Shown one piece after another: positions 8,801-18,247 of a stretch of 34,394 nt of DNA (positions are counted from its first letter, which is position 1; each line of letters opens with the position of its first letter). The stretch is from Minisyncoccia bacterium (GTDB taxonomy: Bacteria > Patescibacteriota > Minisyncoccia > Phycocordibacterales > Phycocordibacteraceae): NCBI GenBank assembly GCA_041623915.1, contig JBFJWB010000003.1:1-34394 (forward strand). The letters are read 5' to 3'. The translations under genes and the position numbers were made by a program. The notes under the pieces were generated by a model. It was not told the DNA's origin and made no database searches. It saw only the letters and a list, made by a program, of their open reading frames with translations.

Positions 8801-9118
8801 ATGAAAGCACAACTTGGTAACTATAATCAAGCTCCTCGCAAAGTTCGTCTTGTAACGGATTTGGTAAAGGGTAAGAAGGTGCCGCAGGCGTTAGATGCGC
8901 TTACGTTCTTACCTAAGCGTGCCGCAGAGCCTATCAAGAAACTTATTGAGAGCGCTGTTGCTAATGCAAAGTCTGAAGGCAGAGAAGCAGAGGATCTTAC
9001 TATTGATTCAATCGTAGTTGAGAGCGCCGGTATGATAGTGCGCCATATGCCACGTGCATTTGGTCGTGCGGCCCCCATTCGTCACAAGAAATCTCGTGTA
9101 AAACTCACCCTCGCTTAA
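8801..9118 (+). CDS. rplV: 50S ribosomal protein L22 (uL22)
   Basis: APRKVRLVTDLVKGK, SAVANA, PRAFGRA. Confidence 0.97.
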   Translation: MKAQLGNYNQAPRKVRLVTDLVKGKKVPQALDALTFLPKRAAEPIKKLIESAVANAKSEGREAEDLTIDSIVVESAGMIVRHMPRAFGRAAPIRHKKSRVKLTLA

Positions 9119-9124
9119 TTTTTT

Positions 9125-9811
9125 ATGACACATACTGTACATCCTTACGCACACCGTCTCGGCATCATCCGTGACTGGAAAAGTCGTTGGTTTGCTGGTG
9201 ACAAGAAGAGCTATCGCGAGAACTTGCTTGTTGATCAAACTATCCGTACTTTTCTGAAGAAACGTCTTGCAAGTACATATACTAGTGGTGTAGAAATTGA
9301 GCGTTCAGCTAATGAATTGCGCGTTATTGTTGCCACTGCCCGCCCTGGACTTGTTATAGGTCGTTCTGGTGAAAATGCCACGAAATTGCGTACAGAAGTG
9401 ACTAATTTGGTAAAGAAAACAGCTCCAGACCATGGTCGCACTGTAAAACTTGATATTGTAGAAATCCGTCAGCCAGAACTTGATGCAGCTGTTGTAGGAA
9501 TGATGGTTGCTGAAGGAATGGAAAAGCGTATGCCGTTTCGTCGTGTATTGAAGCAGACTGTTGAGAAGGTTATGGCTGTACGTGAAGTTGAAGGCGTGCG
9601 AATTTCTGTTTCTGGTCGTCTTGGGGGCGCAGAAATGAGTCGCAAGGAGCAAGTAAAGAAAGGTCGTGTGCCGCTTCAAACTTTTCGTGCAAACATTGAT
9701 TTCGCACATACTGAAGCACATCTACCATATGGCGTTATAGGTATTAAGGTCTGGATATACCTAGGTAATGTGTATCAAGATAAAAAGGGCGCTGATGCCC
9801 GCCGAATATAA
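9125..9811 (+). CDS. rpsC: 30S ribosomal protein S3 (uS3)
   Basis: HPYAHRLG, RPGLVIGRSG, SGRLGGAEM, GVIGIKVWI. Confidence 0.98.
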   Translation: MTHTVHPYAHRLGIIRDWKSRWFAGDKKSYRENLLVDQTIRTFLKKRLASTYTSGVEIERSANELRVIVATARPGLVIGRSGENATKLRTEVTNLVKKTAPDHGRTVKLDIVEIRQPELDAAVVGMMVAEGMEKRMPFRRVLKQTVEKVMAVREVEGVRISVSGRLGGAEMSRKEQVKKGRVPLQTFRANIDFAHTEAHLPYGVIGIKVWIYLGNVYQDKKGADARRI

Positions 9812-9822
9812 TTTAATTGCAT

Positions 9823-10242
9823 ATGTTGTTTCCTAAAAAAGTAAAGCACCGCAAGTGGCAAACTCAACGCAAGCACCCTACAAAGCTTTTGCGCCCTGAC
9901 ACACGTGGTACTACGCTTACGGTGGGTTCATTCGGCCTCAAAGCACTCTCTTCTGCTCGCGTAACGAGTAATCAGATTGAAGCTGCTCGTAAAGTACTAA
10001 CTCGAGCAACAGCAAAGACTGGGAAACTGTGGATCCGTATTTTTCCGGACAGACCTGTAACACAAAAAGCAGATGGAGTGCCTATGGGATCAGGGAAGGG
10101 CGACCCGAAGCACTATGTTTTTGAGGTGCGTCCAGGGCGTATTCTTTTCGAAATTGACGGTGTTTCTGAGCCTGTAGTGCGTGCACACATGAAGCAAGCA
10201 AGCTCAAAGCTTCCAGTAAAAACTACAGTCGTAGCACGCTAA
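9823..10242 (+). CDS. rplP: 50S ribosomal protein L16 (uL16)
   Basis: MLFPKKVKHRK, QIEAAR, WIRIFPDRP, MGSGKG. Confidence 0.97.
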   Translation: MLFPKKVKHRKWQTQRKHPTKLLRPDTRGTTLTVGSFGLKALSSARVTSNQIEAARKVLTRATAKTGKLWIRIFPDRPVTQKADGVPMGSGKGDPKHYVFEVRPGRILFEIDGVSEPVVRAHMKQASSKLPVKTTVVAR

Positions 10243-10248
10243 ATAAGT

Positions 10249-10455
10249 ATGGAAAAAAACAAAAACATAATGAAGACGAAGACGAATGAGGAGCTTACTA
10301 AACTTCTTAAGGATACTCGTGCAACATTGCGTACTCTTCGTTTTGAGTCTGCAGGATCTCGTCCAAAAGAATCAAACGCACCAAAAAAGGCTCGTAAGAT
10401 AGTTGCAAGAGTTCTTACTGAGATTCATGCTCGCAGTAACACACAATCTTCTTAA
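10249..10455 (+). CDS. rpmC: 50S ribosomal protein L29 (uL29)
   Basis: Between rplP and rpsQ; EEL...LRF...RKIVARVLT pattern. Confidence 0.88.
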   Translation: MEKNKNIMKTKTNEELTKLLKDTRATLRTLRFESAGSRPKESNAPKKARKIVARVLTEIHARSNTQSS

Positions 10456-10468
10456 TCTTATTTTTTAT

Positions 10469-10717
10469 ATGGAATCTACAACCACATCTCACGTTCAAAA
10501 GTTTACTGGCGTTGTCGTTAAGACGTCTGGCCAGCAAACCGTTGCTGTACGAGTTGATCGGTACGTTAAGCATCCAAAGTACAAGAAGTACCAAGTGCGT
10601 TCAAAGACATATCTTGTACACGACCCTGAACAGGTGGCACAGATCGGAGATACTGTGACAATTGTCTCGTGTAGGCCAGTGTCTAAAACTAAGCGCTTTG
10701 TTATTTCACCAAAATAA
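10469..10717 (+). CDS. rpsQ: 30S ribosomal protein S17 (uS17)
   Basis: GVVV, HPKYKK, VHD, GDTVTI..CRPVSKTKRF; start at ATG 10469. Confidence 0.96.
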   Translation: MESTTTSHVQKFTGVVVKTSGQQTVAVRVDRYVKHPKYKKYQVRSKTYLVHDPEQVAQIGDTVTIVSCRPVSKTKRFVISPK

Positions 10718-10719
10718 CC

Positions 10720-11097
10720 ATGTTACAACCTCAATCCATCGTTCGTGTTGCAGATAATTCCGGCGGTAAGATCGCTCGTGTTTTCAAGGTGCCAGGAAGC
10801 TCTAAGCGTCGCTACGCTCGTATTGGTGATGTTGTTATTGTCTCTATACAGACCGCAGAGCCTCGCAAGCAAGTAAAAAAGAAGGATATATATCGCGCTG
10901 TTGTCGTGCGTCAAAGTAAGTCTTTTGGTCGTAAAGATGGATCCTATATTCGCTTTGATGAAAATGCAGTTGTCTTGATAGAAAAACAAGGTAAGGAAAT
11001 GGGACTCAAGGGCAATCGTGTATTTGGTCCAGTTCCTAGAGAGCTTACTGAACGCGGCTGGCACGCAATTGCATCTTTAGCTCCTGAAGTTGTTTAA
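10720..11097 (+). CDS. rplN: 50S ribosomal protein L14 (uL14)
   Basis: VADNSGGK, RKDGSYIRFDENAVV, RVFGPVPREL, SLAPEVV. Confidence 0.98.
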   Translation: MLQPQSIVRVADNSGGKIARVFKVPGSSKRRYARIGDVVIVSIQTAEPRKQVKKKDIYRAVVVRQSKSFGRKDGSYIRFDENAVVLIEKQGKEMGLKGNRVFGPVPRELTERGWHAIASLAPEVV

Positions 11098-11108
11098 TAT
11101 TCTTGTAT

Positions 11109-11414
11109 ATGAAAATCAAAAAAGGAGACAAAGTTAAGGTAATCACAGGTAAAGACAAAGGGAAGTCCGGCGAAGTTCTTCGTGCATTTCCACAAACAGG
11201 AAAGGTGCTTGTTGATGGAGTTGCTATAGCTAAGCGTTCCATACGTGGTACGCAAGGTCAGACAGGTCGTGTTGTCGAGCGCGCTATGCCAATTGACGCT
11301 TCAAATGTTATGCTCATTGATCCAGAGACTAAATCAATAACTCGTGTTGGATACCGCGTTGAGGACGGCAAGCGCGTACGTATTGCCAAAGCAAGTAACC
11401 ATGTGCTCAAATAG
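11109..11414 (+). CDS. rplX: 50S ribosomal protein L24 (uL24)
   Basis: MKIKKGDKVKVITGKDKGKSG KOW motif, PIDASNVML. Confidence 0.97.
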   Translation: MKIKKGDKVKVITGKDKGKSGEVLRAFPQTGKVLVDGVAIAKRSIRGTQGQTGRVVERAMPIDASNVMLIDPETKSITRVGYRVEDGKRVRIAKASNHVLK

Positions 11415-11423
11415 ATTTTCTGT

Positions 11424-11981
11424 ATGACGACTACAATTACAAAACAAAAGCAACAAACTGCATACGATGCTCTCCGAGAACAATTCGGGTACAAGAGTTC
11501 TATGCAATCACCTCGCCTACAAAAAGTGGTCATATCTTCTGGCGTTGGAAAGAAGCGTGACCAGAAAGTAATTGAGCTTATTGGAGACCGCATTGCTAAA
11601 ATTACTGGACAAAAAGCTGCTCCACGCGCCGCACGTCTTTCTGTTGCGGGCTTTAAAGTTCGCGAAGGAGACATTGTTGGATTGGCGGCCACTCTTCGTG
11701 GTGAACGTATGTTTGAATTTATGGATCGTCTTATACACATTGCCCTTCCTCGCACACGCGACTTCCGAGGTCTTCCAGTAACGGCCATTGACGACATGGG
11801 CAACTACACCATCGGTATTCGTGAACACACGATTTTCCCAGAAACTAGTGATGAAGATGTAAAGGACGTATTCGGCCTTGCAATAACCCTCGTCACCTCA
11901 GCGCACTCTAAGGCTGAGGCAGAAGCGTTCCTGCGTCACCTAGGAATGCCTCTACGCGTTGACGTGAGTCAAAATCGCTGA
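11424..11981 (+). CDS. rplE: 50S ribosomal protein L5 (uL5)
   Basis: ITGQKA, FKVREG, TLRGERM, LPRTRDFRGL, GNYTIG.REH.IFPE. Confidence 0.98.
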   Translation: MTTTITKQKQQTAYDALREQFGYKSSMQSPRLQKVVISSGVGKKRDQKVIELIGDRIAKITGQKAAPRAARLSVAGFKVREGDIVGLAATLRGERMFEFMDRLIHIALPRTRDFRGLPVTAIDDMGNYTIGIREHTIFPETSDEDVKDVFGLAITLVTSAHSKAEAEAFLRHLGMPLRVDVSQNR

Positions 11982-11987
11982 TAATCT
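11959..11987 (+). promoter_or_regulatory. Putative internal promoter upstream of rpsN
   Basis: TTGACG(11959-11964)-17 nt-TAATCT(11982-11987) with TG extension, then GCTC-TTCG-GAGC hairpin. Confidence 0.5.
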
Positions 11988-12016
11988 GAAGCTCTTGCTC
12001 TTCGGAGCTATTTTTT

Positions 12017-12286
12017 ATGGCAAAAACTTCCCAAATCGCACGAAATGCAAAAAAGGCAACACTAGTTAAGAAATACGCACAAAAGCGTACAGATCTTAAA
12101 GTTGCTGGTGATTTTGATGCGCTTCAGAAGTTGCCTCGTAGCTCCTCCCCAGTGCGTTTAAAGAATCGTTGTGCTGTTACTGGTCGCTCTCGTGGATACC
12201 TTCGTGCATTCGGTTTGTCTAGAATACAATTCCGAGAGCTAGTTCTTGAAGGCAAGATCCCCGGAGTTAAAAAAGCATCATGGTAA
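12017..12286 (+). CDS. rpsN: 30S ribosomal protein S14 (uS14), 89-aa zinc-independent (C-) form
   Basis: [22 protein letters not shown]...LSRIQFRE...IPGVKKASW; only one Cys. Confidence 0.97.
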   Translation: MAKTSQIARNAKKATLVKKYAQKRTDLKVAGDFDALQKLPRSSSPVRLKNRCAVTGRSRGYLRAFGLSRIQFRELVLEGKIPGVKKASW

Positions 12287-12672
12287 CCGACCGCGTAGCA
12301 AATTTCATAATAAGTCTTAAAAATGCAGCTGCCATCAGCAAGGCAGATGTTTCTGTACCACATGCGACGCATCTGGAAGCGATTGCAAAGAAATTGAAGG
12401 AATTAGGATACCTTACCGGAATCTCCGTTACTGGCGACATAAAGAAAGTTCTAACCGTAACGCTCGCCTTTGATTCAAAAGGCAATTCAATGCTTCACGA
12501 TGTCAAGCGTGTATCCAAGCCGGGTCGTAGGCTTTATTCTCCAGCGCGTGATGTGCATTCTGTAAAGCATGGCAATGGAGCACGTATACTTTCTACTCCA
12601 AAAGGCATCTTGACGGACGCAGAGGCACGTAAAGTACATGTTGGCGGTGAAAATCTTTTTGAAATCTGGTAG
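12280..12672 (+). CDS. rpsH: 30S ribosomal protein S8 (uS8)
   Basis: [31 protein letters not shown]. Confidence 0.97.
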   Translation: MVTDRVANFIISLKNAAAISKADVSVPHATHLEAIAKKLKELGYLTGISVTGDIKKVLTVTLAFDSKGNSMLHDVKRVSKPGRRLYSPARDVHSVKHGNGARILSTPKGILTDAEARKVHVGGENLFEIW

Positions 12673-12674
12673 GT

Positions 12675-13205
12675 ATGTCACGACTCGCTAAAAAACCAAT
12701 CGCATCTGGAAAGGCAGAAGTAACTGTTTCTGGTGACATGCTTACTGTTAAAGGTTCTAAGGCAACACTTACCAAACGTGTCCACCCCGTAATAGATATT
12801 GCTACTGGTCCAGAAGGAGTTATGGTCACAACAAAGAACCGTTCCAAGCTCGCTCGTTCTCTTGTCGGTACTTTTGCTTCACATGTACGCAACATGATTG
12901 CTGGTGTAGAGACACCATATAAAAAAGTATTAATACTGGAAGGTGTTGGTTACAAAGTTGAGCTAAAGGGTACAGAGTTAATTCTTCTCGTAGGTAAATC
13001 TCATCCTGTCTCTGTTCAAGTGCCATCAGATGTAACTGTTACAGTTTTAAAGAATTCAGTTACTATTGAGAGCCCAAACAAAGAATCGGTTGGTCAGTTT
13101 GCTGCAGAGGTACGAGCAGTGAAGCCACCAGAGCCATATTTAGGTAAAGGTCTTCGTTTTGATAATGAAGTAGTACGTCGTAAACAAGGTAAGAAAGCTG
13201 TATAA
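12675..13205 (+). CDS. rplF: 50S ribosomal protein L6 (uL6)
   Basis: MSRLAKKPI, GVGYK, PPEPYLGKG. Confidence 0.98.
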   Translation: MSRLAKKPIASGKAEVTVSGDMLTVKGSKATLTKRVHPVIDIATGPEGVMVTTKNRSKLARSLVGTFASHVRNMIAGVETPYKKVLILEGVGYKVELKGTELILLVGKSHPVSVQVPSDVTVTVLKNSVTIESPNKESVGQFAAEVRAVKPPEPYLGKGLRFDNEVVRRKQGKKAV

Positions 13206-13213
13206 ACAAAAGT

Positions 13214-13564
13214 ATGAATCACTCCGCTACAACAAACAAAGAACTCAGAGAACGCAGACATGCTCGCGTACGCTCACGTGTGTCAGGAACCTCTACATGT
13301 CCCCGATTGGCAGTATATAAATCAAACCGATTCATGTCTGTACAGCTTATTGACGATGAAGCCGGCAAGACAATAGCTTCTGTTCATGGTCGGGAATTTT
13401 CTGGGACACCATCCGAGCGAGCGATTGCAATTGGGAAAGCTATTGCAGAGCGCGCACAAAAGGCAGATATTACAAAGGTTGTCTTTGATCGCGGAGGATT
13501 TCGTTATGCTGCGAGTATAAAAACTCTTGCAGATACAGCACGCGAAGGCGGACTTATTTTCTAA
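13214..13564 (+). CDS. rplR: 50S ribosomal protein L18 (uL18)
   Basis: RRHARVR, PRLAVYKSN, VVFDRGGFRY, AREGGL. Confidence 0.97.
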   Translation: MNHSATTNKELRERRHARVRSRVSGTSTCPRLAVYKSNRFMSVQLIDDEAGKTIASVHGREFSGTPSERAIAIGKAIAERAQKADITKVVFDRGGFRYAASIKTLADTAREGGLIF

Positions 13565-13570
13565 ATTATT

Positions 13571-14173
13571 ATGGAACCTACGACACAAAACACATCTCCA
13601 ACACAGGACCCGCAAGCATCAAAGGTTGCTGAGGCGGCAGGTCCTACTCGCGCACCACGAGCACGTTCCATACGCGGACGTGGTGGTCGACATGGTTCAA
13701 GACAACCACGTGAGCGCAGTGAATTTGATCAAGTTACAATCGATGTGCGCCGTGTTGCACGTGTTATGGCCGGCGGTCGTCGTTTTAGCTTCAGCATCGT
13801 AGTAGTGATAGGCGACAAGAAGGGTCGTGTTGGCGTTGGGCTTGGGAAAGCGTCTGATACTGCTCTTGCTATTGAAAAAGCAACTCGCGCAGCACGTAAG
13901 AATCTATTTACTGTGTCGCGTACACGCTCAGGCTCAATTGTTCATGATGTGCAAGCGAAGTACGCTTCTTCCACTGTGGAAATTATCCCGTCTCCGGGCC
14001 GTGGTCTTGTTGCTGGAAGTGCTGTGCGTACCGTTCTTGATCTTGCAGGAGTAACAGACGTAGTTACTAAAATTCATACTCGCTCAAAGAACAAGCTTGC
14101 CATTTCTAGAGCAACAATCGCAGCTCTTAAAAAAACTCAAGGTAAGTCAGCTAAAGCAACGCCAGTCTCGTAA
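13571..14173 (+). CDS. rpsE: 30S ribosomal protein S5 (uS5)
   Basis: RRVARVMAGGRRFSF, GRVGVGLGKA; basic N-terminal extension. Confidence 0.97.
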   Translation: MEPTTQNTSPTQDPQASKVAEAAGPTRAPRARSIRGRGGRHGSRQPRERSEFDQVTIDVRRVARVMAGGRRFSFSIVVVIGDKKGRVGVGLGKASDTALAIEKATRAARKNLFTVSRTRSGSIVHDVQAKYASSTVEIIPSPGRGLVAGSAVRTVLDLAGVTDVVTKIHTRSKNKLAISRATIAALKKTQGKSAKATPVS

Positions 14174-14184
14174 CATTCGTATCT

Positions 14185-14637
14185 ATGCAACTACACACAC
14201 TTAGCCCAAAACACGCTCCACGAAAATCAATCGCAGTTGGTCGTGGTGGTACTCGCGGTAAAACAAGTGGTCGAGGTACCAAAGGTCAGTCTGCGCGCGC
14301 AGGAAACAAAAAGCGTCCAGAAGCACGCGATATAATAAAGAAGCTTCCTAAGTTGCGCGGACATGGTAAAAATCGTTCACACACAGTCCGTAGAGAGCGA
14401 TTGATATATACTCCTGTAAATCTATCTGCACTGGAAGCAGTATTTTCAGCTGGTGACACTGTCTCTCCACAAGTACTACTCTCTAAAGGTCTTGTGCGCG
14501 CACAAAAAGGGCGCGCTCCAAAAGTTAAGATTCTTGGATTTGGTGCAATATCCAAAGGGCTAGTAATTGATAACTGTGCCATGTCAGTATCAGCTAAGGA
14601 TGCTATTGAGAAGGCAGGAGGTACCATTAAGGTGTAA
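14185..14637 (+). CDS. rplO: 50S ribosomal protein L15 (uL15)
   Basis: VGRGGTRGKTSGRGTKGQ, VKILG, IEKAGG. Confidence 0.97.
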   Translation: MQLHTLSPKHAPRKSIAVGRGGTRGKTSGRGTKGQSARAGNKKRPEARDIIKKLPKLRGHGKNRSHTVRRERLIYTPVNLSALEAVFSAGDTVSPQVLLSKGLVRAQKGRAPKVKILGFGAISKGLVIDNCAMSVSAKDAIEKAGGTIKV

Positions 14638-14642
14638 TCAAA

Positions 14643-15917
14643 ATGTTTTCTACTTTCTTACACAAAACAAAGCTCGCACTTACAGACTCGGCAATTAGAG
14701 GACGTTTATTTTTTGTAATAGGCGCTCTCGCGCTTTTCCGTATTCTTGCTGCAGTTCCTATACCGGGTGTAGATCGAAATGCATTAGCTGCATTTTTCTC
14801 AAATAACCAATTCTTTGGTCTTTTGAATATATTTTCTGGTGGGGGATTAGCGGGACTATCAATAGTAATGCTTGGTGTCGGGCCATACATTACAGCCTCA
14901 ATTATTATGCAGTTGGCGACAATTATCTTTCCGCAAGTTAAGCAGGCTTATCACGAAGATGGTGAGGCTGGGCGAGCTCGTTTCATTGGATGGAGCCGCA
15001 TGCTTACTGTACCTCTCGCTATTCTGCAGGCGATTGGATTTCTTTTCCTACTACAAAGCCAAGGAGTTATAGCCACGCTCGGCACGCTTCCTTTGATTGC
15101 AAACATTCTTCTAATAAGTGCAGGCTCACTGCTTCTTATGTGGATTGGAGAAATGGTTACCGAGTTCGGTATAGGTAATGGTGTATCTCTAATTATCTTT
15201 GCTGGAATTGCTGCAAGTATTCCTTCCAGTATTGGACAAGCTCTCTTTACTGCCACTGCCTCAAACATTCCGGCATATATAGCTTTTGCCGGACTTGCTC
15301 TAGCAATGGCGTATGCGGTGGTAGTTGTGTCTGACGCTGAACGATCTATCCCCATCGCATACGCTCGCTCAGTGCGCGGTACAGCTCTTCAGCAAGGCGC
15401 TGCAACCTATTTACCAATTCGTCTTCTTCAGGCGGGGGTAATTCCTATCATCTTTGCGTTGTCCCTATTGCTTTTGCCTCAAATGGTACTCTCTATGCTT
15501 TCAGCATTTAGTATTCCCAATACGGCCGCGTTGTCTATTTGGTTCTCTTCTTTCCTTGCTAACCCTTGGCAGTATGGCAGTGCATACTTTCTGTTGGTGG
15601 TCTTATTTACATATTTTTATACTTCAGTCACATTTGAGCCTTCACGTGTTGCAGAAAATCTGCAGAAAAGTGGGGCTTTTGTACCAGGTGTTCGTCCTGG
15701 GCGCGAGACTGAATCGTATATAGGAAAGGTAGTAAACCGAATAACACTTCCAGGGGCAGTTTTTCTAGGTCTAATAGCTGTAGCTCCTTCTATTGTGCAA
15801 GGATTGACCGGCGTTACCACTTTGGTACTTGGCGGTACTGCTCTTCTAATTGCTGTTCAAGTGGTCCTTGATCTTGTGCGCAAAATTGATGCACAAGTCT
15901 CACTTCGAGAGTATTAA
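14643..15917 (+). CDS. secY: Preprotein translocase subunit SecY
   Basis: LGVGPYITASIIMQL, GIGNGVSLIIFAGI, AGVIPIIFA, PGVRPG, GGTALLI. Confidence 0.99.
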   Translation: MFSTFLHKTKLALTDSAIRGRLFFVIGALALFRILAAVPIPGVDRNALAAFFSNNQFFGLLNIFSGGGLAGLSIVMLGVGPYITASIIMQLATIIFPQVKQAYHEDGEAGRARFIGWSRMLTVPLAILQAIGFLFLLQSQGVIATLGTLPLIANILLISAGSLLLMWIGEMVTEFGIGNGVSLIIFAGIAASIPSSIGQALFTATASNIPAYIAFAGLALAMAYAVVVVSDAERSIPIAYARSVRGTALQQGAATYLPIRLLQAGVIPIIFALSLLLLPQMVLSMLSAFSIPNTAALSIWFSSFLANPWQYGSAYFLLVVLFTYFYTSVTFEPSRVAENLQKSGAFVPGVRPGRETESYIGKVVNRITLPGAVFLGLIAVAPSIVQGLTGVTTLVLGGTALLIAVQVVLDLVRKIDAQVSLREY

Positions 15918-15960
15918 TTTTAAGTTCAGTGCGCAAAAGATTTTCCCATTTGAAAATCTT

Positions 15961-15989
15961 TTGCGTTCAAGTCTTTTTTCCCGTACACT
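15961..15989 (+). promoter_or_regulatory. Putative promoter of leaderless adk
   Basis: TTGCGT(15961-15966)-17 nt-TACACT(15984-15989), 7 nt before GTG 15997. Confidence 0.6.
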
Positions 15990-15996
15990 TCGGTAT

Positions 15997-16566
15997 GTGA
16001 GCGATACTAATACTATTTTCTTTGTCGGTAAGCCCGGATGTGGTAAGGGTACACAAGCAAAATTGCTATCTGAATATACTGGGTGGCCGGTTATTTCTGC
16101 CGGACATCAGTTCCGCAATATAGCTGAGCAAGATACACCAGTAGGGCGTAAAGTGAAAGGAGAAATTGATGCTGGAATGCTTGCGCCACATTGGTTTGCA
16201 ATGTATCTCTACCAGAAATCATTGTTTAAAATACCAGAAGGTACAAATGCAATATTTGATGGGTTTAATAGAAAAGTCGCAGAATCAGAGCTCATTGTTG
16301 ATTCTATGTTGTGGTTAGGTCGCACATTTTCTGTAGTGCATATTATGGTGCCAGACGAGATAGTAAGAGCCCGACTTGATGTGCGAAAAGAAACTTCTGG
16401 ACGCGCTGATGACGAAAGAGTAACAGAGAGATTGAGAGAATATTACACATACACTGAACCTGCGATAGAAGTCTTCCGTACGGCTGGAGCACTGGTAGAT
16501 GTTGATGGGACTCTTGCTCCAGAGGAGATCGCAAAAGTTATTAGAGAAAAACTTAAACTTACATGA
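15997..16566 (+). CDS. adk: Adenylate kinase (short-LID type)
   Basis: P-loop GKPGCGKGTQA, FDGFNR, GRADD; between secY and map; start reassigned to GTG 15997. Confidence 0.9.
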   Translation: MSDTNTIFFVGKPGCGKGTQAKLLSEYTGWPVISAGHQFRNIAEQDTPVGRKVKGEIDAGMLAPHWFAMYLYQKSLFKIPEGTNAIFDGFNRKVAESELIVDSMLWLGRTFSVVHIMVPDEIVRARLDVRKETSGRADDERVTERLREYYTYTEPAIEVFRTAGALVDVDGTLAPEEIAKVIREKLKLT

Positions 16567-17333
16567 TCATCACTACTCCAGAACAACGTAAAGCTCTAAT
16601 AGATGGCGGGAAACGCCTTGGAGAAGTGTTGCTTGCGGTGTCTAATAAAGTGGCGCATGGCGTGTCTGTTGAAGATCTTGATGATCTCGCGGAACAAATG
16701 ATTCGTGATGGAGGGGATACTCCTGCGTTTCTTGGATACACGCCAGAAGGGTCGGGTAGACCATACCCTTCTACGCTTTGCGTATCTGTGAATGATGAAG
16801 TTGTACACGGAATTCCAAATGAAGATCCTCGCACATTGCAACAAGGTGACATTGTGAGTTTGGATTTAGGTTTGGTACACGATGGAATCATTGTAGATTC
16901 TGCAATTACTGTTCCTGTAGGAAATGCAGACGCTAAGTCCATGGCTCTTATCCGCGCCGCCGATGAGGCTCTTGATGCGGGCATTGCAGCGGCGATTGTA
17001 GGTAACCATATAGGTGACATTGGTTACGCTATTCAAAAAGTCTTTAAGAAAGCAGGTGTTTCGGTAGTGCATGAGCTTGGTGGGCACGGCGTAGGCAAAC
17101 ATGTGCACGAAGATCCGTTCGTGCCTAACTTCGGTAAAGCTGGAGATGGCGAGGAATTAATTGACGGTATGGTTCTTGCTCTTGAGCCAATTGCAACTGC
17201 AGGCAAGGGTTCAGTAACGCTTGCTCCAGATGGCTACACTTTCCGTACTAAGGATGGATCTCGAGCATCTCACTCCGAGCATACTATTTTGATAGAAAAG
17301 GAGGGCACTATTGTAGTTACCTCTAGAGAATAG
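16563..17333 (+). CDS. map: Methionine aminopeptidase type I
   Basis: CVSVNDEVVHGIP, GDIVSLD, DSA, GHGVG..HEDP, EP, HSEHT. Confidence 0.98.
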   Translation: MIITTPEQRKALIDGGKRLGEVLLAVSNKVAHGVSVEDLDDLAEQMIRDGGDTPAFLGYTPEGSGRPYPSTLCVSVNDEVVHGIPNEDPRTLQQGDIVSLDLGLVHDGIIVDSAITVPVGNADAKSMALIRAADEALDAGIAAAIVGNHIGDIGYAIQKVFKKAGVSVVHELGGHGVGKHVHEDPFVPNFGKAGDGEELIDGMVLALEPIATAGKGSVTLAPDGYTFRTKDGSRASHSEHTILIEKEGTIVVTSRE

Positions 17334-17439
17334 TAGAAATGCGATCCAATAAATGATACAAACAGTTTTAGTTTGGGGCATTTACGTTTCTGATGTATGC
17401 TAGGCTCCATACCCGTTTGGGGATTTTATTTTTCACACT

Positions 17440-18051
17440 ATGGCAACAAACACACATCCTAAGTCAGAGCGCACGTTCGTTATCGTAAAGCCAGATGGCG
17501 TTCAACGTTCATTGATAGGAGATATTATAAATCGTTTTGAGCGTACAGGATTGAAGCTCGTTACTTTGAAGCTCGCAATCTTGGATGAAGACCGTCTTTG
17601 GAAGCACTACAATAAAGACGAAGCTTGGTTTGAAAAGAAAGGCACAAATATTGTTAAGGACCGTGGAGAAGCTGGACTTCCTATAGAAAAAGAAGCAATT
17701 GAATACGGGAAAGACATTATACGTGCCTTGGTAAATTTCATGAAGTGCGGTCCTGTAGTAATCATGGTTTTGGAAGGGAATCAGGCAGTGGCAGTAGTAA
17801 AAAAAATTGTTGGAGAGACAGAGCCAACAACGTCTGACGTAGGTACAATTCGCGGAGACCTTACGGTTGACTCTTATGCAATTTCAGCTATTGATGACCG
17901 TGCTGTACGTAATCTAATCCACTGTTCAGACGCGCCAGAGGAAGCCTCGCGTGAAATTGCTTTGTGGCTCACTCCAAATGAGATTCTTGATTACCGTCAT
18001 GTTGGAGAACAAATACTTTACGACGTAAATCTTGACGGTATTCTAGAGTAG
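17440..18051 (+). CDS. ndk: Nucleoside diphosphate kinase
   Basis: ERTFVIVKPDGVQR, GTIRGD, RNLIHCSD (catalytic His). Confidence 0.95.
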   Translation: MATNTHPKSERTFVIVKPDGVQRSLIGDIINRFERTGLKLVTLKLAILDEDRLWKHYNKDEAWFEKKGTNIVKDRGEAGLPIEKEAIEYGKDIIRALVNFMKCGPVVIMVLEGNQAVAVVKKIVGETEPTTSDVGTIRGDLTVDSYAISAIDDRAVRNLIHCSDAPEEASREIALWLTPNEILDYRHVGEQILYDVNLDGILE

Positions 18052-18104
18052 AGAAAAGATTTTCCACACCTCACAATGTGGCATGGGTGTATAATTATAG
18101 TCAG

Positions 18105-18243
18105 GAGTCGTGAATTAAAAATGCAACGTGCCGTTCCTTCGGGAGTCTTATATCCATGCATATCTGGCTGAATCCTTACGGATTCCGAAGATTGCAGTGC
18201 GGACACCCACCTGGCAAGCCACAGTTGCTTTTGTGGGCGACTC
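18105..18243 (+). ncRNA. ssrS: 6S RNA-like (compact, about 140 nt)
   Basis: TATAAT at 18090-18095; rod fold GAGTCG/CGACTC, GCAAC/GTTGC, GTG/CAC; central bubble with ACACCCACCT on 3' side; inner TGCA/TGCA, ATCT/AGAT; apical AATCC-TTAC-GGATT; own terminator. Confidence 0.75.
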
Positions 18244-18247
18244 TATG

